Shown piece after piece: positions 8,648 through 16,998 of a stretch of 50,379 nucleotides of DNA. Numbering within the stretch: position 1 is the stretch's first letter; every line of letters starts with the position of its first letter. Source of the DNA: a virus (Duplodnaviria > Caudoviricetes); the IMG/VR virus record IMGVR_UViG_3300035049_000200, positions 1-50,379 of that record, one strand, 5' to 3'. The translations under genes were made by a program, and so were the position numbers. A model generated the notes under the pieces. The model had not been told where the DNA came from and did not search any database. It saw only the letters and a program-made list of their open reading frames with translations.

Positions 8648-8983
8648 ATGAACAAACAAGACTGCAAAAAATTTAGAGAATTATACCAACAAGAATTTGG
8701 GAATGGTAAAATAGATTGCAAAATTGATTGTGTAAAATTACTTATTTTTTTACAAGATTTAGATTTAGAGTTTGAAATTTTAGATTTAAGTGATAATCAA
8801 GGCAATTATTGGTATGAAGTAAGAACTGGATTTGAACACAATGATAATAATTATTATTCTGTTGTATTTAATCACGATTTTAGGTTTTTGCTTGATGAGT
8901 ATGATTGTGATGATGTTTTGGAGTTGATAGATGATTTAGAATTACAGGCGGAAAAAGTTAGGATGTTATTTATCAATAATTAA
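8648..8983 (+). CDS. Acidic hypothetical protein
   Basis: ORF 8618..8983; likely start MNKQD. Confidence 0.7.
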   Translation: MNKQDCKKFRELYQQEFGNGKIDCKIDCVKLLIFLQDLDLEFEILDLSDNQGNYWYEVRTGFEHNDNNYYSVVFNHDFRFLLDEYDCDDVLELIDDLELQAEKVRMLFINN

Positions 8984-8988
8984 GTATT

Positions 8989-9201
8989 ATGTATTACGCA
9001 CTTTTTGATTTACAGACATTAAACTATTTGAATACTGGAAAAAATAGTAAGAGCATTAAAGAGTTAAAAGCCGATTTTATTGATTATATCTCTATTGATT
9101 TTGATGATGAAAAAGATTTAGAATTTGCCAAAAAAGAAACAATGGAGAATTTGGCGGATATGTGGGAGTTTAGAATAGACAAAAGCAGGGTTAAATTTTA
9201 A
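8989..9201 (+). CDS. Hypothetical protein
   Basis: Packed ORF. Confidence 0.7.
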   Translation: MYYALFDLQTLNYLNTGKNSKSIKELKADFIDYISIDFDDEKDLEFAKKETMENLADMWEFRIDKSRVKF

Positions 9202-9207
9202 TTCAGA

Positions 9208-9705
9208 ATGATGAAAAAAATTATAAAATGCGGATATTGTGGTAAAACTATAATTATAAAAAGTCCAAACAATAATCAAAAATTTTGTTCCGCTAGTTGC
9301 CAAAGAAAAAATGATTATTATTCTAAAAATCTTAATGAAAAGCAAAAGGATTATAAACAATCAAGGCTGATTAGGAAGTATGGTAAAAAAAATTTAATTC
9401 AATGTAAGATTTGCGGTAAGTGGTTTAGGCAAGTTGGAAGCCATATTACGCTAACCCACGGCTTGACGGCTAGAGAATATAGAGAGGAATTTGGTTTTGA
9501 TGTCAAGCGTGGACAGTTGCCAAAAGATTATAGAGAATTAAAAGCTGAGTTGGCGTTTGAGCGTGGTGGTGTTAAGAATTTAAAAAATGGTAAGAAGTTT
9601 TGGTTTAAAAAGGGTGGTAAAAATGTTGGGAGATACAAAAGAAGTAGTGAAACACTGAAAAGATTAAAACAGCCAAGTTTTATAAAGAAAGACACTAAAA
9701 AATAA
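9208..9705 (+). CDS. Zinc-finger DNA-binding protein with a Ros/MucR-like domain
   Basis: CGYC..FCSASC plus IQCKICGKWFRQVGSHITLTHGLTAREYREEFG. Confidence 0.75.
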   Translation: MMKKIIKCGYCGKTIIIKSPNNNQKFCSASCQRKNDYYSKNLNEKQKDYKQSRLIRKYGKKNLIQCKICGKWFRQVGSHITLTHGLTAREYREEFGFDVKRGQLPKDYRELKAELAFERGGVKNLKNGKKFWFKKGGKNVGRYKRSSETLKRLKQPSFIKKDTKK

Positions 9706-9752
9706 TTTTTAAATTAAGAACAATAAGAGAGTTAAATTTATAAAACAAAACG

Positions 9753-9830
9753 ATGAGCCAACAGGAAAAAGATATTTTGATTTGGATTATTTTTTTAATA
9801 GCTTACGCAATAGTTTACTATTTATTATAA
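9753..9830 (+). CDS. 25-aa single-TM micropeptide
   Basis: MSQQEKDILIWIIFLIAYAIVYYLL with the AAAACGATG start context used by other genes. Confidence 0.55.
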   Translation: MSQQEKDILIWIIFLIAYAIVYYLL

Positions 9831-9844
9831 CTATTTTTAGGCTT

Positions 9845-9878
9845 AAAAACGGTGTTATTTTATATAGCACTGTTTTTT
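9845..9878 (+). terminator. Intrinsic terminator
   Basis: AAAAACGGTGTTA / TAGCACTGTTTTTT. Confidence 0.7.
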
Positions 9879-9881
9879 CTA

Positions 9882-9910
9882 TTGACAATAACTAGACAAT
9901 AGTATATAGT
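9882..9910 (+). promoter_or_regulatory. Sigma70-type promoter
   Basis: TTGACA-17-TATAGT. Confidence 0.8.
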
Positions 9911-9937
9911 GGTAATTATAACTTTTAATTTAATAAA

Positions 9938-10267
9938 ATGATTTTCGGAAGCAAACAATTTAAGAACGGGAAAGTTGTTGGATATTTAGAATTTAACAGT
10001 GGTAAAAAAGTCTTTTTGAACCAAGATGAGCGTTTTGAGTTTTTGGACAAAGTCGAGTATTGGAAATTTGCGGAAAGGCTTGATTTTCAATCTGAAAAAG
10101 ATAATGAAAAAGCCAAGTTGTTAGAGCAAGTTAAAAGAATTGACGCAATAACTAACAATATCAATAAAATTAAAGAGATTGAAAAGAAAAGCGGGGTTGA
10201 TAATGAACTAGTTTATGAAATACACTTAGAGCTTGAAAAATTGGCGTTAGATATTGAAAATTATTAA
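9938..10267 (+). CDS. Hypothetical protein
   Basis: ORF after the promoter. Confidence 0.75.
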   Translation: MIFGSKQFKNGKVVGYLEFNSGKKVFLNQDERFEFLDKVEYWKFAERLDFQSEKDNEKAKLLEQVKRIDAITNNINKIKEIEKKSGVDNELVYEIHLELEKLALDIENY

Positions 10268-10283
10268 ATTTTAATTTAAAACG

Positions 10284-10703
10284 ATGGAGCAAGTAATAAA
10301 AACAAGTTATTTTGATAAAGGGAGCTTTATTGAAACCGATAGTTGGTTTGGTGATGTCTATTTAGTTTTTAAGAAGCCATATTTTAAGAAGCAAAACAAT
10401 TTTGGAAATGCTAAATGGAGATACCACCGAGAAGTTAGTGATAAAAATATAGCTGATTTAATCAAGGGGAAACAAAGAGATGTAACTTTAGAATTTAACG
10501 AGGGGTTAAAAATAACTAAACAAGGAAAGCAGGAAATAATAGAAAATAATGATTTTGTGATAAATTATCATTATTGGGGATTGATTTTTTATTTATTAAA
10601 TAAAAAAGTTATAAACAAAATAACTAAAATAAACAATATAATTTATTTAAAGAGTTTTGATGATGAAACTATTGGAATTTTGAGGATGATTGAGAGATAT
10701 TAA
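10284..10703 (+). CDS. Hypothetical protein
   Basis: AAAACGATG start context. Confidence 0.75.
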   Translation: MEQVIKTSYFDKGSFIETDSWFGDVYLVFKKPYFKKQNNFGNAKWRYHREVSDKNIADLIKGKQRDVTLEFNEGLKITKQGKQEIIENNDFVINYHYWGLIFYLLNKKVINKITKINNIIYLKSFDDETIGILRMIERY

Positions 10704-10713
10704 ATAACTAAAA

Positions 10714-10753
10714 TTGACAATACACTTGACAATATTTTTTAATGTGTTATAAT
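10714..10753 (+). promoter_or_regulatory. Promoter with tandem TTGACAATA
   Basis: TTGACAATA at 10714 and 10726; TGnTATAAT at 10745-10753 (16-nt spacer). Confidence 0.8.
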
Positions 10754-10801
10754 CTCAATAGTTAGTTATTTGACAATTTATTTTATAAGTAATTTAAAAC
10801 A

Positions 10802-11200
10802 ATGAAGAGCGAAAAGAAACTTTTGGCAATTTTTGAGGAAGCCAAGAACAACAAGAAGACTAAACGGGATTATTATTATAATTTTAATAGTTTTCAAGAT
10901 GATTGTAAAAACTTTTTAAAAGACATTAGGAATAATAAAGTTGTAATGGCAATGCGGGTTAGTCGTTCGGGAACGATGAGGCGATTTAATGTTAATAAAT
11001 ATAATATGCTATTGAATATTTGTTATCACGGCAAAATGGACTGGAACGAAGTTAAAGTTGGCGGTTGTGGTATGGATATGAGCTGGCACTTATTATTTAC
11101 TACCTGCGAATTGATAGCTACTAAGGGAGAGATTGATAAACATTTATTAAATTCTAAATGTAGTAGTCAACAATTATTAGTGGACAAAGAACTTTTATAA
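10802..11200 (+). CDS. Conserved phage protein (VSRSG...GCGMDM family), function unknown
   Basis: RVSRSGTMR and VGGCGMDM motifs. Confidence 0.8.
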   Translation: MKSEKKLLAIFEEAKNNKKTKRDYYYNFNSFQDDCKNFLKDIRNNKVVMAMRVSRSGTMRRFNVNKYNMLLNICYHGKMDWNEVKVGGCGMDMSWHLLFTTCELIATKGEIDKHLLNSKCSSQQLLVDKELL

Positions 11201-11228
11201 TTTATACTATATAATTAACTTTATTCTT

Positions 11229-11366
11229 ATGATTTTGTTTAGAATTAAAAAAACTGGTGAATTCTTTTATAGTAATTATATTGATTATTTTAACAATTTT
11301 GTTTCAATTGGAGATTATAGAAACAATAAATTGATTAAATTTTCAGAGGTTGAAAAAGTTGATTGA
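11229..11366 (+). CDS. 45-aa hypothetical protein
   Basis: MILFRIKKTGEFFY...FSEVEKVD; fills the gap. Confidence 0.55.
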   Translation: MILFRIKKTGEFFYSNYIDYFNNFVSIGDYRNNKLIKFSEVEKVD

Positions 11367-11392
11367 TTGTTATTATAATTAAATTTGTTTTT

Positions 11393-11488
11393 ATGTCTGA
11401 ACCAAAAATTGATGATATAGAATTGAGCCTTGATGAGGTTGCGATGGCGGAGTCAATGGGACTAGAAGATTACATTGACAATGATTAA
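11393..11488 (+). CDS. 31-aa highly acidic peptide
   Basis: MSEPKIDDIELSLDEVAMAESMGLEDYIDND (11 D/E). Confidence 0.55.
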   Translation: MSEPKIDDIELSLDEVAMAESMGLEDYIDND

Positions 11489-11503
11489 ATTAGTTGATAT
11501 AAT
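11475..11503 (+). promoter_or_regulatory. Perfect consensus promoter
   Basis: TTGACA-17-TATAAT with extended TG. Confidence 0.85.
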
Positions 11504-11509
11504 TTAATT

Positions 11510-11576
11510 AGATTAAGATTGAAATTTGTTTTTGTTTTTGTTGCAAGAAGCCCTAGTTTAAAGACTGGGGTTTTTT
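11510..11576 (+). ncRNA. Candidate ~65-nt small RNA
   Basis: Consensus promoter followed almost at once by a terminator, with no ATG between. Confidence 0.45.
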
Positions 11577-11582
11577 GTTTTT
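11545..11582 (+). terminator. Intrinsic terminator
   Basis: AAGAAGCCCTAGTTT / AGACTGGGGTTTTTT plus T tract. Confidence 0.8.
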
Positions 11583-11865
11583 GGCGGGAAATGTTTTTTG
11601 ATTGGTTTTTATAACTACTAATTTATCAATTATTATATAGTATAAATTATAATAGATTTAATTTTCTTTTAATTTATTGATTTAGTTATTTTTATTGTCT
11701 TTTGTAGGTTGTTGATTGCTTTTCTTTTTGGCTTGATTATATGGTTTTATTGTGATTAAGGGGTTATTTAATGATTTTAAAGTTTGTTAGAATGGATTTT
11801 GATGGGTTGTTTTGGGGGCTGGAAGTCTATTATTACCCAAAACAAGGCTTTTACAAAAAAGAGAC

Positions 11866-11895
11866 TTGACATTTTAGTTGAATACAAGTTAGAAT
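11866..11895 (+). promoter_or_regulatory. Sigma70-type promoter
   Basis: TTGACA-18-TAGAAT. Confidence 0.6.
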
Positions 11896-11901
11896 AAAAG
11901 C

Positions 11902-12092
11902 GTATAAAGTAATTTAGGCAATAAGTAAGTGGTCGTTAGTCTTCTAAACGGCTATTAACCTTATTGTCTCAATCTTTATACAAGCACCTTAAAAGCCAAC
12001 AGTTAATAGCCATTTATAAGATTAAAGCACCACTATATATAGTGGTGTTTTATTATATAAACATCTAGTTATTGATTATTGGCTTATTTAAG
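11902..12092 (+). ncRNA. Candidate structured RNA made of two long imperfect hairpins
   Basis: Hairpins 11902-11981 and 11988-12092 with several G-U pairs on the + strand, directly after a promoter. Confidence 0.5.
12028..12047. promoter_or_regulatory. 20-bp perfect palindrome, NrdR-box-like
   Basis: CACCACTATATATAGTGGTG; core CACTATATATAGTG fits acaCwAtATaTwGtg. Confidence 0.5.
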
Positions 12093-12101
12093 AGGTTGAG
12101 T

Positions 12102-12129
12102 ATGTCGCACAATCTACATTTTGCGACAT
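12102..12129. other. dif-like tyrosine-recombinase site (11-6-11)
   Basis: ATGTCGCACAA-TCTACA-TTTTGCGACAT; arms 10/11 inverted; 17/28 identical to E. coli dif. Confidence 0.6.
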
Positions 12130-12595
12130 AAAACAATCCGACCCCCAGGGGGGTGGCAATTTAAATATAGTTACTTGACCCCTCTCCCCCTCTCCACTTT
12201 CCAAATAAGACCTTTTTTAAACTCTAATAAATCCCTTAAACAAGCTAATAAACTAAGATTTTCTGATTTTTTATTCTTTAATCGTTACTAGGTAAATTTT
12301 CTAAAAGTAGGTAAATCGTTTTCCCCCAAAAATTTTTACAAAAAGGGAAAAAGATAATCCTCTGGAAGTATAATAAATAAGCCTAAAAGATGAAATTTTC
12401 TAAAATTTCTAAATTTACAAAAAAGATTAGTTTTAAGTGGTATAAGTTGATTATTTTCTTCGAAAAATTCCCGTATAATTTTATAAAAAAAGGCTTAGAT
12501 AAGGCAAAAAGATTTTTTAATAAAGTAGTCTGTTTTATTGTCAAGTCAGAAAAGAAAAACAAAAAAAGGCTTAAATAAGGTAATTTTAAATATTT

Positions 12596-13249
12596 ATGGC
12601 TGTTAAAAAGCTTCAAGGAAAAAGAGGCAAGGATAAAAAGAAGAGAAAAAAGAAAGATTTTTCGAAACCAGTTGCACTTAAAAATCAAGAATTGGAGTTT
12701 TGGTTTGAAACATTTGATATGGTTGAGGAGAAGATGAAGGATTATATTGAAACTCCCAAGGTTAAGAAATATTTGAAGGATAATAGTAAGGGGAGAGCTA
12801 CTAAGTTGTCTTTACAGGAATTTATTAAGAATGGGTTGAAATATTTTAGGAAAGCTATGGAGGCAGGTAGGAGCTTCACTATTAGTGGTTTATGTCTTTA
12901 TTTGGACATTTCTACTACTACTTTTATAGCGATGGAGCAACAAGGGAATAAGGCTTACGTGAATGATGCTTTTAAAGTACCAGCACTAGCCTTTAGGAGT
13001 TTAATAGGAATGTTTCATGAGGAAATGGGTAATCGAAAAAGTAATCCTATTTTCCACATGTTTGCGTTGAAGTCTATGAGAGGAGGGTTTCAGGAGACTT
13101 TGGATGTCAATATTTATAGTAATCACGGGACGGGGCTATCTCAAGATGAACGGGAGAAATTAAGAGCTAAAGTTAGGACTTTCTCAGAAAAAGAACAGAA
13201 ACCCCAATTAGCAGGTAAAAGCAGTTTGAAATATGGCAAAGACAGTTAA
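12596..13249 (+). CDS. terS: Terminase small subunit
   Basis: TISGLCLYLDIS HTH-like motif of P22 gp3-type TerS; IF.MFALK; directly upstream of TerL. Confidence 0.8.
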   Translation: MAVKKLQGKRGKDKKKRKKKDFSKPVALKNQELEFWFETFDMVEEKMKDYIETPKVKKYLKDNSKGRATKLSLQEFIKNGLKYFRKAMEAGRSFTISGLCLYLDISTTTFIAMEQQGNKAYVNDAFKVPALAFRSLIGMFHEEMGNRKSNPIFHMFALKSMRGGFQETLDVNIYSNHGTGLSQDEREKLRAKVRTFSEKEQKPQLAGKSSLKYGKDS

Positions 13250-14768
13250 ACAAGAGCAGTTAGAGGCTCAATTGGAGGAATTGCTATCGGATGCTAACCC
13301 AGTTAAGCTGGCGAAGTTCTTTCAGAAATTTAATGATATGGATGAACTGGCGATTAAATGTATTATGTGGGGACATACATTCATGCCAAGTTATTTTAAT
13401 AAAGAGACCCCTCAATTCCATTATGAATTAGTTAAGAAGTTCTTTTCTTATAAGAATGAGTACACTGCTTGTCCTCGTGGATTTGGTAAAACTACTCTAG
13501 TTCAGCTCTGTATAGCGTTTAGCTGTGTAGTAGGGCTAGATGAGTTCATAGTAGTCATCGAAAAGAGTGCCACTGAAGCTGGTGAAGTCCTGGAAGCCTT
13601 AAGAGAGACTTTCAAGGATAGTGATAATGTCTTAGAGGTTTATGGAGATTTAACTAAGATTTCGCCTAGATTGAAGATTAGCTCAAAAATGAAAGATACT
13701 ACTGGAGACTTCATTGTTAATGGAGTTCGATTGAGAGGAAAAGGCTATGATACTCCTATTCGAGGTTTGAAATCTCGTCATACTCGACCTACTAGGATTA
13801 TTCTGGACGATGTTGAGTCAGATGAGCATATTGAGAACCCTGACCAGCGATTGAAGTATTTGCAGAACTATACTAGAGGAATTATTCCAGCTACGGAAAA
13901 TGAGGTAGGTACTATTAAGATGTTTGGAACTATTTTGCACGATGATTCCTTGCTCCAGACTCTGATTAATTCTCACGAAGGAATGATTTATAGGGCTTGG
14001 GACAATCAAAGGAGATTATTATGGGCTAGTAACTGGACTGTAGAGAAGCTAGAACAGAAAAGGCGAGATATGTCAATAGAGGGCAGGTCAGATGCAGCCT
14101 TCTATCAGGAATATTTCAATGAACCAGTCTCAGAAGAAGACCAGATATTTAAAAGAGAGATGTTTAGATATTTTAATGATTTACAGTTAGACAATGTACT
14201 TCTAAAAAAACCTCATAAGTTCTATATAGTAGTTGACCCAGCGATTTCTAAGAAAGAAACAGCTGATTTCACCGCCATAATGTGTGTTCTGGTCAATACT
14301 AAGAACGAAATGTATATAGCAGAGATGATTAGGGAGAGATTATCTCCGGTTGAGACCATTAAGGAACTATTTGGAATGTATGAAAGGTGGCTTCCCGAGA
14401 AGGTGGGAATTGAAACAGTTGCTTATCAGAAATCCTTAGTATATTTCATAGAAGAAGAAAAAAAACGGTCTCACTCCACTGTAAGCTCTATGAGGATTCA
14501 AGAAATCAAAGCTGATACCGATAAAGAACGTAAAATTAAAGGTTTACAACCTAGATACGCCATCGGCAGTGTCTATCACAGGGAAAATGACGAGAATACC
14601 AGAGTCTTGGAAGGCGAACTCCTCCGATTCCCTAGAGGTTCGACAGATGACTTAATAGATGCTTTGGCTAGTGTAATTCAAATGGTTACTCCAGCCAGGA
14701 AGCCAGTCACTGAAACATATACTAAGTGGGATAAAGTCCGTGAAGGTAATTCCCATGTAAGCTATTAA
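13233..14768 (+). CDS. terL: Terminase large subunit
   Basis: Walker A PRGFGKT, Walker B IILDDVE, nuclease VVDPA...DDLIDAL. Confidence 0.95.
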   Translation: MAKTVKQEQLEAQLEELLSDANPVKLAKFFQKFNDMDELAIKCIMWGHTFMPSYFNKETPQFHYELVKKFFSYKNEYTACPRGFGKTTLVQLCIAFSCVVGLDEFIVVIEKSATEAGEVLEALRETFKDSDNVLEVYGDLTKISPRLKISSKMKDTTGDFIVNGVRLRGKGYDTPIRGLKSRHTRPTRIILDDVESDEHIENPDQRLKYLQNYTRGIIPATENEVGTIKMFGTILHDDSLLQTLINSHEGMIYRAWDNQRRLLWASNWTVEKLEQKRRDMSIEGRSDAAFYQEYFNEPVSEEDQIFKREMFRYFNDLQLDNVLLKKPHKFYIVVDPAISKKETADFTAIMCVLVNTKNEMYIAEMIRERLSPVETIKELFGMYERWLPEKVGIETVAYQKSLVYFIEEEKKRSHSTVSSMRIQEIKADTDKERKIKGLQPRYAIGSVYHRENDENTRVLEGELLRFPRGSTDDLIDALASVIQMVTPARKPVTETYTKWDKVREGNSHVSY

Positions 14769-14776
14769 AAAAAATT

Positions 14777-16612
14777 ATGGAGGAAGAAAAACAATATAAT
14801 TACGAACCCAACAAGAAGCAGGTGGAAGCCATTAATCGTGTTTATAACCGATTTGAGGACATGCGAGATGAGCGGGATAAGAAACGAAGGGAGTTTGATG
14901 GCAGGACTATTACTGAATATGTTAATGATAATGTAGATGCCTATAATGGAATCGTCCCAGATGAGATTAGAGAGACTAAGGAGGCTTGGCAGTCACTTAT
15001 ATTCGACCAGAAGACTAGAGCTAAAGTTAAGGCTACTGTGGCTAATATAGCTGCTGCTAGACCTTACATCAACATAGTTGGGGTCAGTAGGCAGGATAAC
15101 AAGAAGGCTGCTGACATGAGGCTGGTATTCGAGGACACTCATAAACAAGAAGAAGGCTTCTATAAATTGTACTTACAAACTCTATCAGCCTGTGTTAAAG
15201 GAACTGTAATTGTTGAAGAAGGCTACAAGGAGGTTAAAAAAGAAGTTAAAGAGATTACTGGTTTCAATCACGAAACTGGAAAGGCTAAGACCAGAAAACG
15301 TCAGATTATTGAAGGAGGTTGCGGTCATGTCTATGGAGATATTGTCCCTTTGATGCAGTTCTACCCTAATGAGAACTCAGCTGAGATTGAACATGACTGT
15401 ATTGTCTTACAATACATGGATAAAGAGGAGTTCGATAAGGTCTATGGTGGGTATGAGGAGGCTAAATATGTAAAACCAGGGATTTATACCGAAGAGATTG
15501 AGAATGTTAAATATAAGCAAGTTGGAGACGACAGAACCGATATTATAGAGATAATGAAGTATTACAATGAAGATATTGATGAATTCATTGTTCTAGCCAA
15601 CGGAGTTTGGTTGAATCCTCAAGATAAAGATGAAGTTTGTCCTTTGCCATTCAATCACAAAAGACTACCCTTCGTTAAAACTGTTTACGAAATAGCTGAT
15701 GAAGATGAGTTCTATGGCAAAGCTCTACCAGATATTATGGCTGGAGAACAAGAGACTATTAATGCCTTGCTTAGAATGACGGTTGACCAAGAAGTTCTTT
15801 CTATTCATAAGCCGATTATGTTAGGTGATGGGGCAGAAATGGATTCTTATCAGATGTTCCCAGGCAAGACCTTCCGAATGACTGGAGATGTTAATCAAGC
15901 TAAAGAGCTTAATATTTCAGGAACTCAGCAATCTACCTTCCAGGTGTTGGAATGGTTGGATAAGAAGTCAGATGTTAATACCGCTATTGGTTCAACTCAA
16001 ATGGGAGTCCATAGCGGAAGAAAAACAGCCAAAGAGGCAGTTATTTTGGATGAAAACGCCAAGAAATTATCAGGAAATTTCAAAGTATTTATTGAACATC
16101 TATTATTTAGGCGAGCGAAGTTGAGAGTTTCTAATATTTGTCAGTTCTATAAAGAGCCGATTCAATATGTAGTTCTTAAAGATAAGTACGGAAGTCCGCT
16201 TAAAGACAGGAACGGCAACAAGAAGACTAAACCTAAATATAGAGAAATCACGGTGGATGACACTGGCAAGAACCCTTTCTGGATAGATGTCACCCCTGAG
16301 ATGTGTAGTTCTAAATATACTGTCAGACTTAATAAGGATGTTGAACCACCAACCACCAGACAGGAACTATTGCAAGTAGCAACAGCTCTATTAGAGGAAT
16401 CTAAGGCTAACCCATTGATTGATGCTGATGAGGCAACTATCAATTTCATTATTAGGTTAGGATTAGACCCTGATAGATTTTATATAAAGCCTGACCCTAA
16501 AGAGATGCAAAAAACCATGGAAATGGGTCAAGTGCCACCGCCAGGAGGGGGCGTTAATCAACCTAATGCACCAGTAACTGGAGGGATACCAGGGGCAGAA
16601 GAACTATTATGA
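14777..16612 (+). CDS. Portal protein
   Basis: 611 aa after TerL; LPFV...FYGKALPD..Q...N motif; Q/P-rich C-terminus. Confidence 0.9.
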   Translation: MEEEKQYNYEPNKKQVEAINRVYNRFEDMRDERDKKRREFDGRTITEYVNDNVDAYNGIVPDEIRETKEAWQSLIFDQKTRAKVKATVANIAAARPYINIVGVSRQDNKKAADMRLVFEDTHKQEEGFYKLYLQTLSACVKGTVIVEEGYKEVKKEVKEITGFNHETGKAKTRKRQIIEGGCGHVYGDIVPLMQFYPNENSAEIEHDCIVLQYMDKEEFDKVYGGYEEAKYVKPGIYTEEIENVKYKQVGDDRTDIIEIMKYYNEDIDEFIVLANGVWLNPQDKDEVCPLPFNHKRLPFVKTVYEIADEDEFYGKALPDIMAGEQETINALLRMTVDQEVLSIHKPIMLGDGAEMDSYQMFPGKTFRMTGDVNQAKELNISGTQQSTFQVLEWLDKKSDVNTAIGSTQMGVHSGRKTAKEAVILDENAKKLSGNFKVFIEHLLFRRAKLRVSNICQFYKEPIQYVVLKDKYGSPLKDRNGNKKTKPKYREITVDDTGKNPFWIDVTPEMCSSKYTVRLNKDVEPPTTRQELLQVATALLEESKANPLIDADEATINFIIRLGLDPDRFYIKPDPKEMQKTMEMGQVPPPGGGVNQPNAPVTGGIPGAEELL

Positions 16613-16935
16613 GGAAACGATTATTAAATTTGTTCTTTAGGTTCTATGAATCTAAAAGTTACAAAAAGTTGAATGAGAAAAAGATTAATAGGATGTTTAA
16701 TTTTCTGGCTAAACGGAAAGAAACCAAAGAATTTGGAGATTTCCTAAGGCAATGTGCCAATGCTTATCAGAATAAGTTCCTTTACACCCAAGAAGAGAGC
16801 TTTAAAGGCTCAGCCTACGCCTTCATTACTTTAGCCGAGAAGTTTGAAGACCATACCCCTAAGAAGAAAATGAGGGAAGCTGCTAGACAAAAGAAAGCTG
16901 TAGGTAGTAAGAAAAATAGGATAGTAAAATATTAA
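16609..16935 (+). CDS. Hypothetical head-module protein
   Basis: Between portal and scaffold; ATGA overlap. Confidence 0.7.
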   Translation: MRKRLLNLFFRFYESKSYKKLNEKKINRMFNFLAKRKETKEFGDFLRQCANAYQNKFLYTQEESFKGSAYAFITLAEKFEDHTPKKKMREAARQKKAVGSKKNRIVKY

Positions 16936-16998
16936 TAATTAATTTAAGCCATCGCTGGAAGCCACCAGCAGTAACAAAACAGGTTAGGCTCAAAAATT

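Noticed and set aside
12383-12688. ORFs 12390..12578 (+) and 12383..12688 (-)
   Set aside because: K/F-rich translation of low-complexity AT tracts in the control region; no motif; probably spurious
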